Below are positions 18,301 to 30,300 of a DNA stretch of 64,000 nucleotides, piece after piece. The notes below the pieces were generated by a model that saw nothing but the letters and a program-made list of their open reading frames with translations, ran no database searches and was not told the DNA's origin. Positions within the stretch are counted from its first letter, which is position 1, and every line of letters begins with the position of its first letter. Both the position numbers and the translations under genes were made by a program. The DNA comes from Naegleria gruberi (taxonomy: Eukaryota), in the NCBI GenBank assembly GCA_000004985.1, contig GG738849.1; one strand, given 5' to 3'.

Positions 18301-21300
18301 NNNNNNNNNNNNNNNNNNNNNNNNNNNNNNNNNNNNNNNNNNNNNNNNNNNNNNNNNNNNNNNNNNNNNNNNNNNNNNNNNNNNNNNNNNNNNNNNNNNN
18401 NNNNNNNNNNNNNNNNNNNNNNNNNNNNNNNNNNNNNNNNNNNNNNNNNNNNNNNNNNNNNNNNNNNNNNNNNNNNNNNNNNNNNNNNNNNNNNNNNNNN
18501 NNNNNNNNNNNNNNNNNNNNNNNNNNNNNNNNNNNNNNNNNNNNNNNNNNNNNNNNNNNNNNNNNNNNNNNNNNNNNNNNNNNNNNNNNNNNNNNNNNNN
18601 NNNNNNNNNNNNNNNNNNNNNNNNNNNNNNNNNNNNNNNNNNNNNNNNNNNNNNNNNNNNNNNNNNNNNNNNNNNNNNNNNNNNNNNNNNNNNNNNNNNN
18701 NNNNNNNNNNNNNNNNNNNNNNNNNNNNNNNNNNNNNNNNNNNNNNNNNNNNNNNNNNNNNNNNNNNNNNNNNNNNNNNNNNNNNNNNNNNNNNNNNNNN
18801 NNNNNNNNNNNNNNNNNNNNNNNNNNNNNNNNNNNNNNNNNNNNNNNNNNNNNNNNNNNNNNNNNNNNNNNNNNNNNNNNNNNNNNNNNNNNNNNNNNNN
18901 NNNNNNNNNNNNNNNNNNNNNNNNNNNNNNNNNNNNNNNNNNNNNNNNNNNNNNNNNNNNNNNNNNNNNNNNNNNNNNNNNNNNNNNNNNNNNNNNNNNN
19001 NNNNNNNNNNNNNNNNNNNNNNNNNNNNNNNNNNNNNNNNNNNNNNNNNNNNNNNNNNNNNNNNNNNNNNNNNNNNNNNNNNNNNNNNNNNNNNNNNNNN
19101 NNNNNNNNNNNNNNNNNNNNNNNNNNNNNNNNNNNNNNNNNNNNNNNNNNNNNNNNNNNNNNNNNNNNNNNNNNNNNNNNNNNNNNNNNNNNNNNNNNNN
19201 NNNNNNNNNNNNNNNNNNNNNNNNNNNNNNNNNNNNNNNNNNNNNNNNNNNNNNNNNNNNNNNNNNNNNNNNNNNNNNNNNNNNNNNNNNNNNNNNNNNN
19301 NNNNNNNNNNNNNNNNNNNNNNNNNNNNNNNNNNNNNNNNNNNNNNNNNNNNNNNNNNNNNNNNNNNNNNNNNNNNNNNNNNNNNNNNNNNNNNNNNNNN
19401 NNNNNNNNNNNNNNNNNNNNNNNNNNNNNNNNNNNNNNNNNNNNNNNNNNNNNNNNNNNNNNNNNNNNNNNNNNNNNNNNNNNNNNNNNNNNNNNNNNNN
19501 NNNNNNNNNNNNNNNNNNNNNNNNNNNNNNNNNNNNNNNNNNNNNNNNNNNNNNNNNNNNNNNNNNNNNNNNNNNNNNNNNNNNNNNNNNNNNNNNNNNN
19601 NNNNNNNNNNNNNNNNNNNNNNNNNNNNNNNNNNNNNNNNNNNNNNNNNNNNNNNNNNNNNNNNNNNNNNNNNNNNNNNNNNNNNNNNNNNNNNNNNNNN
19701 NNNNNNNNNNNNNNNNNNNNNNNNNNNNNNNNNNNNNNNNNNNNNNNNNNNNNNNNNNNNNNNNNNNNNNNNNNNNNNNNNNNNNNNNNNNNNNNNNNNN
19801 NNNNNNNNNNNNNNNNNNNNNNNNNNNNNNNNNNNNNNNNNNNNNNNNNNNNNNNNNNNNNNNNNNNNNNNNNNNNNNNNNNNNNNNNNNNNNNNNNNNN
19901 NNNNNNNNNNNNNNNNNNNNNNNNNNNNNNNNNNNNNNNNNNNNNNNNNNNNNNNNNNNNNNNNNNNNNNNNNNNNNNNNNNNNNNNNNNNNNNNNNNNN
20001 NNNNNNNNNNNNNNNNNNNNNNNNNNNNNNNNNNNNNNNNNNNNNNNNNNNNNNNNNNNNNNNNNNNNNNNNNNNNNNNNNNNNNNNNNNNNNNNNNNNN
20101 NNNNNNNNNNNNNNNNNNNNNNNNNNNNNNNNNNNNNNNNNNNNNNNNNNNNNNNNNNNNNNNNNNNNNNNNNNNNNNNNNNNNNNNNNNNNNNNNNNNN
20201 NNNNNNNNNNNNNNNNNNNNNNNNNNNNNNNNNNNNNNNNNNNNNNNNNNNNNNNNNNNNNNNNNNNNNNNNNNNNNNNNNNNNNNNNNNNNNNNNNNNN
20301 NNNNNNNNNNNNNNNNNNNNNNNNNNNNNNNNNNNNNNNNNNNNNNNNNNNNNNNNNNNNNNNNNNNNNNNNNNNNNNNNNNNNNNNNNNNNNNNNNNNN
20401 NNNNNNNNNNNNNNNNNNNNNNNNNNNNNNNNNNNNNNNNNNNNNNNNNNNNNNNNNNNNNNNNNNNNNNNNNNNNNNNNNNNNNNNNNNNNNNNNNNNN
20501 NNNNNNNNNNNNNNNNNNNNNNNNNNNNNNNNNNNNNNNNNNNNNNNNNNNNNNNNNNNNNNNNNNNNNNNNNNNNNNNNNNNNNNNNNNNNNNNNNNNN
20601 NNNNNNNNNNNNNNNNNNNNNNNNNNNNNNNNNNNNNNNNNNNNNNNNNNNNNNNNNNNNNNNNNNNNNNNNNNNNNNNNNNNNNNNNNNNNNNNNNNNN
20701 NNNNNNNNNNNNNNNNNNNNNNNNNNNNNNNNNNNNNNNNNNNNNNNNNNNNNNNNNNNNNNNNNNNNNNNNNNNNNNNNNNNNNNNNNNNNNNNNNNNN
20801 NNNNNNNNNNNNNNNNNNNNNNNNNNNNNNNNNNNNNNNNNNNNNNNNNNNNNNNNNNNNNNNNNNNNNNNNNNNNNNNNNNNNNNNNNNNNNNNNNNNN
20901 NNNNNNNNNNNNNNNNNNNNNNNNNNNNNNNNNNNNNNNNNNNNNNNNNNNNNNNNNNNNNNNNNNNNNNNNNNNNNNNNNNNNNNNNNNNNNNNNNNNN
21001 NNNNNNNNNNNNNNNNNNNNNNNNNNNNNNNNNNNNNNNNNNNNNNNNNNNNNNNNNNNNNNNNNNNNNNNNNNNNNNNNNNNNNNNNNNNNNNNNNNNN
21101 NNNNNNNNNNNNNNNNNNNNNNNNNNNNNNNNNNNNNNNNNNNNNNNNNNNNNNNNNNNNNNNNNNNNNNNNNNNNNNNNNNNNNNNNNNNNNNNNNNNN
21201 NNNNNNNNNNNNNNNNNNNNNNNNNNNNNNNNNNNNNNNNNNNNNNNNNNNNNNNNNNNNNNNNNNNNNNNNNNNNNNNNNNNNNNNNNNNNNNNNNNNN

Positions 21301-24300
21301 NNNNNNNNNNNNNNNNNNNNNNNNNNNNNNNNNNNNNNNNNNNNNNNNNNNNNNNNNNNNNNNNNNNNNNNNNNNNNNNNNNNNNNNNNNNNNNNNNNNN
21401 NNNNNNNNNNNNNNNNNNNNNNNNNNNNNNNNNNNNNNNNNNNNNNNNNNNNNNNNNNNNNNNNNNNNNNNNNNNNNNNNNNNNNNNNNNNNNNNNNNNN
21501 NNNNNNNNNNNNNNNNNNNNNNNNNNNNNNNNNNNNNNNNNNNNNNNNNNNNNNNNNNNNNNNNNNNNNNNNNNNNNNNNNNNNNNNNNNNNNNNNNNNN
21601 NNNNNNNNNNNNNNNNNNNNNNNNNNNNNNNNNNNNNNNNNNNNNNNNNNNNNNNNNNNNNNNNNNNNNNNNNNNNNNNNNNNNNNNNNNNNNNNNNNNN
21701 NNNNNNNNNNNNNNNNNNNNNNNNNNNNNNNNNNNNNNNNNNNNNNNNNNNNNNNNNNNNNNNNNNNNNNNNNNNNNNNNNNNNNNNNNNNNNNNNNNNN
21801 NNNNNNNNNNNNNNNNNNNNNNNNNNNNNNNNNNNNNNNNNNNNNNNNNNNNNNNNNNNNNNNNNNNNNNNNNNNNNNNNNNNNNNNNNNNNNNNNNNNN
21901 NNNNNNNNNNNNNNNNNNNNNNNNNNNNNNNNNNNNNNNNNNNNNNNNNNNNNNNNNNNNNNNNNNNNNNNNNNNNNNNNNNNNNNNNNNNNNNNNNNNN
22001 NNNNNNNNNNNNNNNNNNNNNNNNNNNNNNNNNNNNNNNNNNNNNNNNNNNNNNNNNNNNNNNNNNNNNNNNNNNNNNNNNNNNNNNNNNNNNNNNNNNN
22101 NNNNNNNNNNNNNNNNNNNNNNNNNNNNNNNNNNNNNNNNNNNNNNNNNNNNNNNNNNNNNNNNNNNNNNNNNNNNNNNNNNNNNNNNNNNNNNNNNNNN
22201 NNNNNNNNNNNNNNNNNNNNNNNNNNNNNNNNNNNNNNNNNNNNNNNNNNNNNNNNNNNNNNNNNNNNNNNNNNNNNNNNNNNNNNNNNNNNNNNNNNNN
22301 NNNNNNNNNNNNNNNNNNNNNNNNNNNNNNNNNNNNNNNNNNNNNNNNNNNNNNNNNNNNNNNNNNNNNNNNNNNNNNNNNNNNNNNNNNNNNNNNNNNN
22401 NNNNNNNNNNNNNNNNNNNNNNNNNNNNNNNNNNNNNNNNNNNNNNNNNNNNNNNNNNNNNNNNNNNNNNNNNNNNNNNNNNNNNNNNNNNNNNNNNNNN
22501 NNNNNNNNNNNNNNNNNNNNNNNNNNNNNNNNNNNNNNNNNNNNNNNNNNNNNNNNNNNNNNNNNNNNNNNNNNNNNNNNNNNNNNNNNNNNNNNNNNNN
22601 NNNNNNNNNNNNNNNNNNNNNNNNNNNNNNNNNNNNNNNNNNNNNNNNNNNNNNNNNNNNNNNNNNNNNNNNNNNNNNNNNNNNNNNNNNNNNNNNNNNN
22701 NNNNNNNNNNNNNNNNNNNNNNNNNNNNNNNNNNNNNNNNNNNNNNNNNNNNNNNNNNNNNNNNNNNNNNNNNNNNNNNNNNNNNNNNNNNNNNNNNNNN
22801 NNNNNNNNNNNNNNNNNNNNNNNNNNNNNNNNNNNNNNNNNNNNNNNNNNNNNNNNNNNNNNNNNNNNNNNNNNNNNNNNNNNNNNNNNNNNNNNNNNNN
22901 NNNNNNNNNNNNNNNNNNNNNNNNNNNNNNNNNNNNNNNNNNNNNNNNNNNNNNNNNNNNNNNNNNNNNNNNNNNNNNNNNNNNNNNNNNNNNNNNNNNN
23001 NNNNNNNNNNNNNNNNNNNNNNNNNNNNNNNNNNNNNNNNNNNNNNNNNNNNNNNNNNNNNNNNNNNNNNNNNNNNNNNNNNNNNNNNNNNNNNNNNNNN
23101 NNNNNNNNNNNNNNNNNNNNNNNNNNNNNNNNNNNNNNNNNNNNNNNNNNNNNNNNNNNNNNNNNNNNNNNNNNNNNNNNNNNNNNNNNNNNNNNNNNNN
23201 NNNNNNNNNNNNNNNNNNNNNNNNNNNNNNNNNNNNNNNNNNNNNNNNNNNNNNNNNNNNNNNNNNNNNNNNNNNNNNNNNNNNNNNNNNNNNNNNNNNN
23301 NNNNNNNNNNNNNNNNNNNNNNNNNNNNNNNNNNNNNNNNNNNNNNNNNNNNNNNNNNNNNNNNNNNNNNNNNNNNNNNNNNNNNNNNNNNNNNNNNNNN
23401 NNNNNNNNNNNNNNNNNNNNNNNNNNNNNNNNNNNNNNNNNNNNNNNNNNNNNNNNNNNNNNNNNNNNNNNNNNNNNNNNNNNNNNNNNNNNNNNNNNNN
23501 NNNNNNNNNNNNNNNNNNNNNNNNNNNNNNNNNNNNNNNNNNNNNNNNNNNNNNNNNNNNNNNNNNNNNNNNNNNNNNNNNNNNNNNNNNNNNNNNNNNN
23601 NNNNNNNNNNNNNNNNNNNNNNNNNNNNNNNNNNNNNNNNNNNNNNNNNNNNNNNNNNNNNNNNNNNNNNNNNNNNNNNNNNNNNNNNNNNNNNNNNNNN
23701 NNNNNNNNNNNNNNNNNNNNNNNNNNNNNNNNNNNNNNNNNNNNNNNNNNNNNNNNNNNNNNNNNNNNNNNNNNNNNNNNNNNNNNNNNNNNNNNNNNNN
23801 NNNNNNNNNNNNNNNNNNNNNNNNNNNNNNNNNNNNNNNNNNNNNNNNNNNNNNNNNNNNNNNNNNNNNNNNNNNNNNNNNNNNNNNNNNNNNNNNNNNN
23901 NNNNNNNNNNNNNNNNNNNNNNNNNNNNNNNNNNNNNNNNNNNNNNNNNNNNNNNNNNNNNNNNNNNNNNNNNNNNNNNNNNNNNNNNNNNNNNNNNNNN
24001 NNNNNNNNNNNNNNNNNNNNNNNNNNNNNNNNNNNNNNNNNNNNNNNNNNNNNNNNNNNNNNNNNNNNNNNNNNNNNNNNNNNNNNNNNNNNNNNNNNNN
24101 NNNNNNNNNNNNNNNNNNNNNNNNNNNNNNNNNNNNNNNNNNNNNNNNNNNNNNNNNNNNNNNNNNNNNNNNNNNNNNNNNNNNNNNNNNNNNNNNNNNN
24201 NNNNNNNNNNNNNNNNNNNNNNNNNNNNNNNNNNNNNNNNNNNNNNNNNNNNNNNNNNNNNNNNNNNNNNNNNNNNNNNNNNNNNNNNNNNNNNNNNNNN

Positions 24301-27300
24301 NNNNNNNNNNNNNNNNNNNNNNNNNNNNNNNNNNNNNNNNNNNNNNNNNNNNNNNNNNNNNNNNNNNNNNNNNNNNNNNNNNNNNNNNNNNNNNNNNNNN
24401 NNNNNNNNNNNNNNNNNNNNNNNNNNNNNNNNNNNNNNNNNNNNNNNNNNNNNNNNNNNNNNNNNNNNNNNNNNNNNNNNNNNNNNNNNNNNNNNNNNNN
24501 NNNNNNNNNNNNNNNNNNNNNNNNNNNNNNNNNNNNNNNNNNNNNNNNNNNNNNNNNNNNNNNNNNNNNNNNNNNNNNNNNNNNNNNNNNNNNNNNNNNN
24601 NNNNNNNNNNNNNNNNNNNNNNNNNNNNNNNNNNNNNNNNNNNNNNNNNNNNNNNNNNNNNNNNNNNNNNNNNNNNNNNNNNNNNNNNNNNNNNNNNNNN
24701 NNNNNNNNNNNNNNNNNNNNNNNNNNNNNNNNNNNNNNNNNNNNNNNNNNNNNNNNNNNNNNNNNNNNNNNNNNNNNNNNNNNNNNNNNNNNNNNNNNNN
24801 NNNNNNNNNNNNNNNNNNNNNNNNNNNNNNNNNNNNNNNNNNNNNNNNNNNNNNNNNNNNNNNNNNNNNNNNNNNNNNNNNNNNNNNNNNNNNNNNNNNN
24901 NNNNNNNNNNNNNNNNNNNNNNNNNNNNNNNNNNNNNNNNNNNNNNNNNNNNNNNNNNNNNNNNNNNNNNNNNNNNNNNNNNNNNNNNNNNNNNNNNNNN
25001 NNNNNNNNNNNNNNNNNNNNNNNNNNNNNNNNNNNNNNNNNNNNNNNNNNNNNNNNNNNNNNNNNNNNNNNNNNNNNNNNNNNNNNNNNNNNNNNNNNNN
25101 NNNNNNNNNNNNNNNNNNNNNNNNNNNNNNNNNNNNNNNNNNNNNNNNNNNNNNNNNNNNNNNNNNNNNNNNNNNNNNNNNNNNNNNNNNNNNNNNNNNN
25201 NNNNNNNNNNNNNNNNNNNNNNNNNNNNNNNNNNNNNNNNNNNNNNNNNNNNNNNNNNNNNNNNNNNNNNNNNNNNNNNNNNNNNNNNNNNNNNNNNNNN
25301 NNNNNNNNNNNNNNNNNNNNNNNNNNNNNNNNNNNNNNNNNNNNNNNNNNNNNNNNNNNNNNNNNNNNNNNNNNNNNNNNNNNNNNNNNNNNNNNNNNNN
25401 NNNNNNNNNNNNNNNNNNNNNNNNNNNNNNNNNNNNNNNNNNNNNNNNNNNNNNNNNNNNNNNNNNNNNNNNNNNNNNNNNNNNNNNNNNNNNNNNNNNN
25501 NNNNNNNNNNNNNNNNNNNNNNNNNNNNNNNNNNNNNNNNNNNNNNNNNNNNNNNNNNNNNNNNNNNNNNNNNNNNNNNNNNNNNNNNNNNNNNNNNNNN
25601 NNNNNNNNNNNNNNNNNNNNNNNNNNNNNNNNNNNNNNNNNNNNNNNNNNNNNNNNNNNNNNNNNNNNNNNNNNNNNNNNNNNNNNNNNNNNNNNNNNNN
25701 NNNNNNNNNNNNNNNNNNNNNNNNNNNNNNNNNNNNNNNNNNNNNNNNNNNNNNNNNNNNNNNNNNNNNNNNNNNNNNNNNNNNNNNNNNNNNNNNNNNN
25801 NNNNNNNNNNNNNNNNNNNNNNNNNNNNNNNNNNNNNNNNNNNNNNNNNNNNNNNNNNNNNNNNNNNNNNNNNNNNNNNNNNNNNNNNNNNNNNNNNNNN
25901 NNNNNNNNNNNNNNNNNNNNNNNNNNNNNNNNNNNNNNNNNNNNNNNNNNNNNNNNNNNNNNNNNNNNNNNNNNNNNNNNNNNNNNNNNNNNNNNNNNNN
26001 NNNNNNNNNNNNNNNNNNNNNNNNNNNNNNNNNNNNNNNNNNNNNNNNNNNNNNNNNNNNNNNNNNNNNNNNNNNNNNNNNNNNNNNNNNNNNNNNNNNN
26101 NNNNNNNNNNNNNNNNNNNNNNNNNNNNNNNNNNNNNNNNNNNNNNNNNNNNNNNNNNNNNNNNNNNNNNNNNNNNNNNNNNNNNNNNNNNNNNNNNNNN
26201 NNNNNNNNNNNNNNNNNNNNNNNNNNNNNNNNNNNNNNNNNNNNNNNNNNNNNNNNNNNNNNNNNNNNNNNNNNNNNNNNNNNNNNNNNNNNNNNNNNNN
26301 NNNNNNNNNNNNNNNNNNNNNNNNNNNNNNNNNNNNNNNNNNNNNNNNNNNNNNNNNNNNNNNNNNNNNNNNNNNNNNNNNNNNNNNNNNNNNNNNNNNN
26401 NNNNNNNNNNNNNNNNNNNNNNNNNNNNNNNNNNNNNNNNNNNNNNNNNNNNNNNNNNNNNNNNNNNNNNNNNNNNNNNNNNNNNNNNNNNNNNNNNNNN
26501 NNNNNNNNNNNNNNNNNNNNNNNNNNNNNNNNNNNNNNNNNNNNNNNNNNNNNNNNNNNNNNNNNNNNNNNNNNNNNNNNNNNNNNNNNNNNNNNNNNNN
26601 NNNNNNNNNNNNNNNNNNNNNNNNNNNNNNNNNNNNNNNNNNNNNNNNNNNNNNNNNNNNNNNNNNNNNNNNNNNNNNNNNNNNNNNNNNNNNNNNNNNN
26701 NNNNNNNNNNNNNNNNNNNNNNNNNNNNNNNNNNNNNNNNNNNNNNNNNNNNNNNNNNNNNNNNNNNNNNNNNNNNNNNNNNNNNNNNNNNNNNNNNNNN
26801 NNNNNNNNNNNNNNNNNNNNNNNNNNNNNNNNNNNNNNNNNNNNNNNNNNNNNNNNNNNNNNNNNNNNNNNNNNNNNNNNNNNNNNNNNNNNNNNNNNNN
26901 NNNNNNNNNNNNNNNNNNNNNNNNNNNNNNNNNNNNNNNNNNNNNNNNNNNNNNNNNNNNNNNNNNNNNNNNNNNNNNNNNNNNNNNNNNNNNNNNNNNN
27001 NNNNNNNNNNNNNNNNNNNNNNNNNNNNNNNNNNNNNNNNNNNNNNNNNNNNNNNNNNNNNNNNNNNNNNNNNNNNNNNNNNNNNNNNNNNNNNNNNNNN
27101 NNNNNNNNNNNNNNNNNNNNNNNNNNNNNNNNNNNNNNNNNNNNNNNNNNNNNNNNNNNNNNNNNNNNNNNNNNNNNNNNNNNNNNNNNNNNNNNNNNNN
27201 NNNNNNNNNNNNNNNNNNNNNNNNNNNNNNNNNNNNNNNNNNNNNNNNNNNNNNNNNNNNNNNNNNNNNNNNNNNNNNNNNNNNNNNNNNNNNNNNNNNN

Positions 27301-30300
27301 NNNNNNNNNNNNNNNNNNNNNNNNNNNNNNNNNNNNNNNNNNNNNNNNNNNNNNNNNNNNNNNNNNNNNNNNNNNNNNNNNNNNNNNNNNNNNNNNNNNN
27401 NNNNNNNNNNNNNNNNNNNNNNNNNNNNNNNNNNNNNNNNNNNNNNNNNNNNNNNNNNNNNNNNNNNNNNNNNNNNNNNNNNNNNNNNNNNNNNNNNNNN
27501 NNNNNNNNNNNNNNNNNNNNNNNNNNNNNNNNNNNNNNNNNNNNNNNNNNNNNNNNNNNNNNNNNNNNNNNNNNNNNNNNNNNNNNNNNNNNNNNNNNNN
27601 NNNNNNNNNNNNNNNNNNNNNNNNNNNNNNNNNNNNNNNNNNNNNNNNNNNNNNNNNNNNNNNNNNNNNNNNNNNNNNNNNNNNNNNNNNNNNNNNNNNN
27701 NNNNNNNNNNNNNNNNNNNNNNNNNNNNNNNNNNNNNNNNNNNNNNNNNNNNNNNNNNNNNNNNNNNNNNNNNNNNNNNNNNNNNNNNNNNNNNNNNNNN
27801 NNNNNNNNNNNNNNNNNNNNNNNNNNNNNNNNNNNNNNNNNNNNNNNNNNNNNNNNNNNNNNNNNNNNNNNNNNNNNNNNNNNNNNNNNNNNNNNNNNNN
27901 NNNNNNNNNNNNNNNNNNNNNNNNNNNNNNNNNNNNNNNNNNNNNNNNNNNNNNNNNNNNNNNNNNNNNNNNNNNNNNNNNNNNNNNNNNNNNNNNNNNN
28001 NNNNNNNNNNNNNNNNNNNNNNNNNNNNNNNNNNNNNNNNNNNNNNNNNNNNNNNNNNNNNNNNNNNNNNNNNNNNNNNNNNNNNNNNNNNNNNNNNNNN
28101 NNNNNNNNNNNNNNNNNNNNNNNNNNNNNNNNNNNNNNNNNNNNNNNNNNNNNNNNNNNNNNNNNNNNNNNNNNNNNNNNNNNNNNNNNNNNNNNNNNNN
28201 NNNNNNNNNNNNNNNNNNNNNNNNNNNNNNNNNNNNNNNNNNNNNNNNNNNNNNNNNNNNNNNNNNNNNNNNNNNNNNNNNNNNNNNNNNNNNNNNNNNN
28301 NNNNNNNNNNNNNNNNNNNNNNNNNNNNNNNNNNNNNNNNNNNNNNNNNNNNNNNNNNNNNNNNNNNNNNNNNNNNNNNNNNNNNNNNNNNNNNNNNNNN
28401 NNNNNNNNNNNNNNNNNNNNNNNNNNNNNNNNNNNNNNNNNNNNNNNNNNNNNNNNNNNNNNNNNNNNNNNNNNNNNNNNNNNNNNNNNNNNNNNNNNNN
28501 NNNNNNNNNNNNNNNNNNNNNNNNNNNNNNNNNNNNNNNNNNNNNNNNNNNNNNNNNNNNNNNNNNNNNNNNNNNNNNNNNNNNNNNNNNNNNNNNNNNN
28601 NNNNNNNNNNNNNNNNNNNNNNNNNNNNNNNNNNNNNNNNNNNNNNNNNNNNNNNNNNNNNNNNNNNNNNNNNNNNNNNNNNNNNNNNNNNNNNNNNNNN
28701 NNNNNNNNNNNNNNNNNNNNNNNNNNNNNNNNNNNNNNNNNNNNNNNNNNNNNNNNNNNNNNNNNNNNNNNNNNNNNNNNNNNNNNNNNNNNNNNNNNNN
28801 NNNNNNNNNNNNNNNNNNNNNNNNNNNNNNNNNNNNNNNNNNNNNNNNNNNNNNNNNNNNNNNNNNNNNNNNNNNNNNNNNNNNNNNNNNNNNNNNNNNN
28901 NNNNNNNNNNNNNNNNNNNNNNNNNNNNNNNNNNNNNNNNNNNNNNNNNNNNNNNNNNNNNNNNNNNNNNNNNNNNNNNNNNNNNNNNNNNNNNNNNNNN
29001 NNNNNNNNNNNNNNNNNNNNNNNNNNNNNNNNNNNNNNNNNNNNNNNNNNNNNNNNNNNNNNNNNNNNNNNNNNNNNNNNNNNNNNNNNNNNNNNNNNNN
29101 NNNNNNNNNNNNNNNNNNNNNNNNNNNNNNNNNNNNNNNNNNNNNNNNNNNNNNNNNNNNNNNNNNNNNNNNNNNNNNNNNNNNNNNNNNNNNNNNNNNN
29201 NNNNNNNNNNNNNNNNNNNNNNNNNNNNNNNNNNNNNNNNNNNNNNNNNNNNNNNNNNNNNNNNNNNNNNNNNNNNNNNNNNNNNNNNNNNNNNNNNNNN
29301 NNNNNNNNNNNNNNNNNNNNNNNNNNNNNNNNNNNNNNNNNNNNNNNNNNNNNNNNNNNNNNNNNNNNNNNNNNNNNNNNNNNNNNNNNNNNNNNNNNNN
29401 NNNNNNNNNNNNNNNNNNNNNNNNNNNNNNNNNNNNNNNNNNNNNNNNNNNNNNNNNNNNNNNNNNNNNNNNNNNNNNNNNNNNNNNNNNNNNNNNNNNN
29501 NNNNNNNNNNNNNNNNNNNNNNNNNNNNNNNNNNNNNNNNNNNNNNNNNNNNNNNNNNNNNNNNNNNNNNNNNNNNNNNNNNNNNNNNNNNNNNNNNNNN
29601 NNNNNNNNNNNNNNNNNNNNNNNNNNNNNNNNNNNNNNNNNNNNNNNNNNNNNNNNNNNNNNNNNNNNNNNNNNNNNNNNNNNNNNNNNNNNNNNNNNNN
29701 NNNNNNNNNNNNNNNNNNNNNNNNNNNNNNNNNNNNNNNNNNNNNNNNNNNNNNNNNNNNNNNNNNNNNNNNNNNNNNNNNNNNNNNNNNNNNNNNNNNN
29801 NNNNNNNNNNNNNNNNNNNNNNNNNNNNNNNNNNNNNNNNNNNNNNNNNNNNNNNNNNNNNNNNNNNNNNNNNNNNNNNNNNNNNNNNNNNNNNNNNNNN
29901 NNNNNNNNNNNNNNNNNNNNNNNNNNNNNNNNNNNNNNNNNNNNNNNNNNNNNNNNNNNNNNNNNNNNNNNNNNNNNNNNNNNNNNNNNNNNNNNNNNNN
30001 NNNNNNNNNNNNNNNNNNNNNNNNNNNNNNNNNNNNNNNNNNNNNNNNNNNNNNNNNNNNNNNNNNNNNNNNNNNNNNNNNNNNNNNNNNNNNNNNNNNN
30101 NNNNNNNNNNNNNNNNNNNNNNNNNNNNNNNNNNNNNNNNNNNNNNNNNNNNNNNNNNNNNNNNNNNNNNNNNNNNNNNNNNNNNNNNNNNNNNNNNNNN
30201 NNNNNNNNNNNNNNNNNNNNNNNNNNNNNNNNNNNNNNNNNNNNNNNNNNNNNNNNNNNNNNNNNNNNNNNNNNNNNNNNNNNNNNNNNNNNNNNNNNNN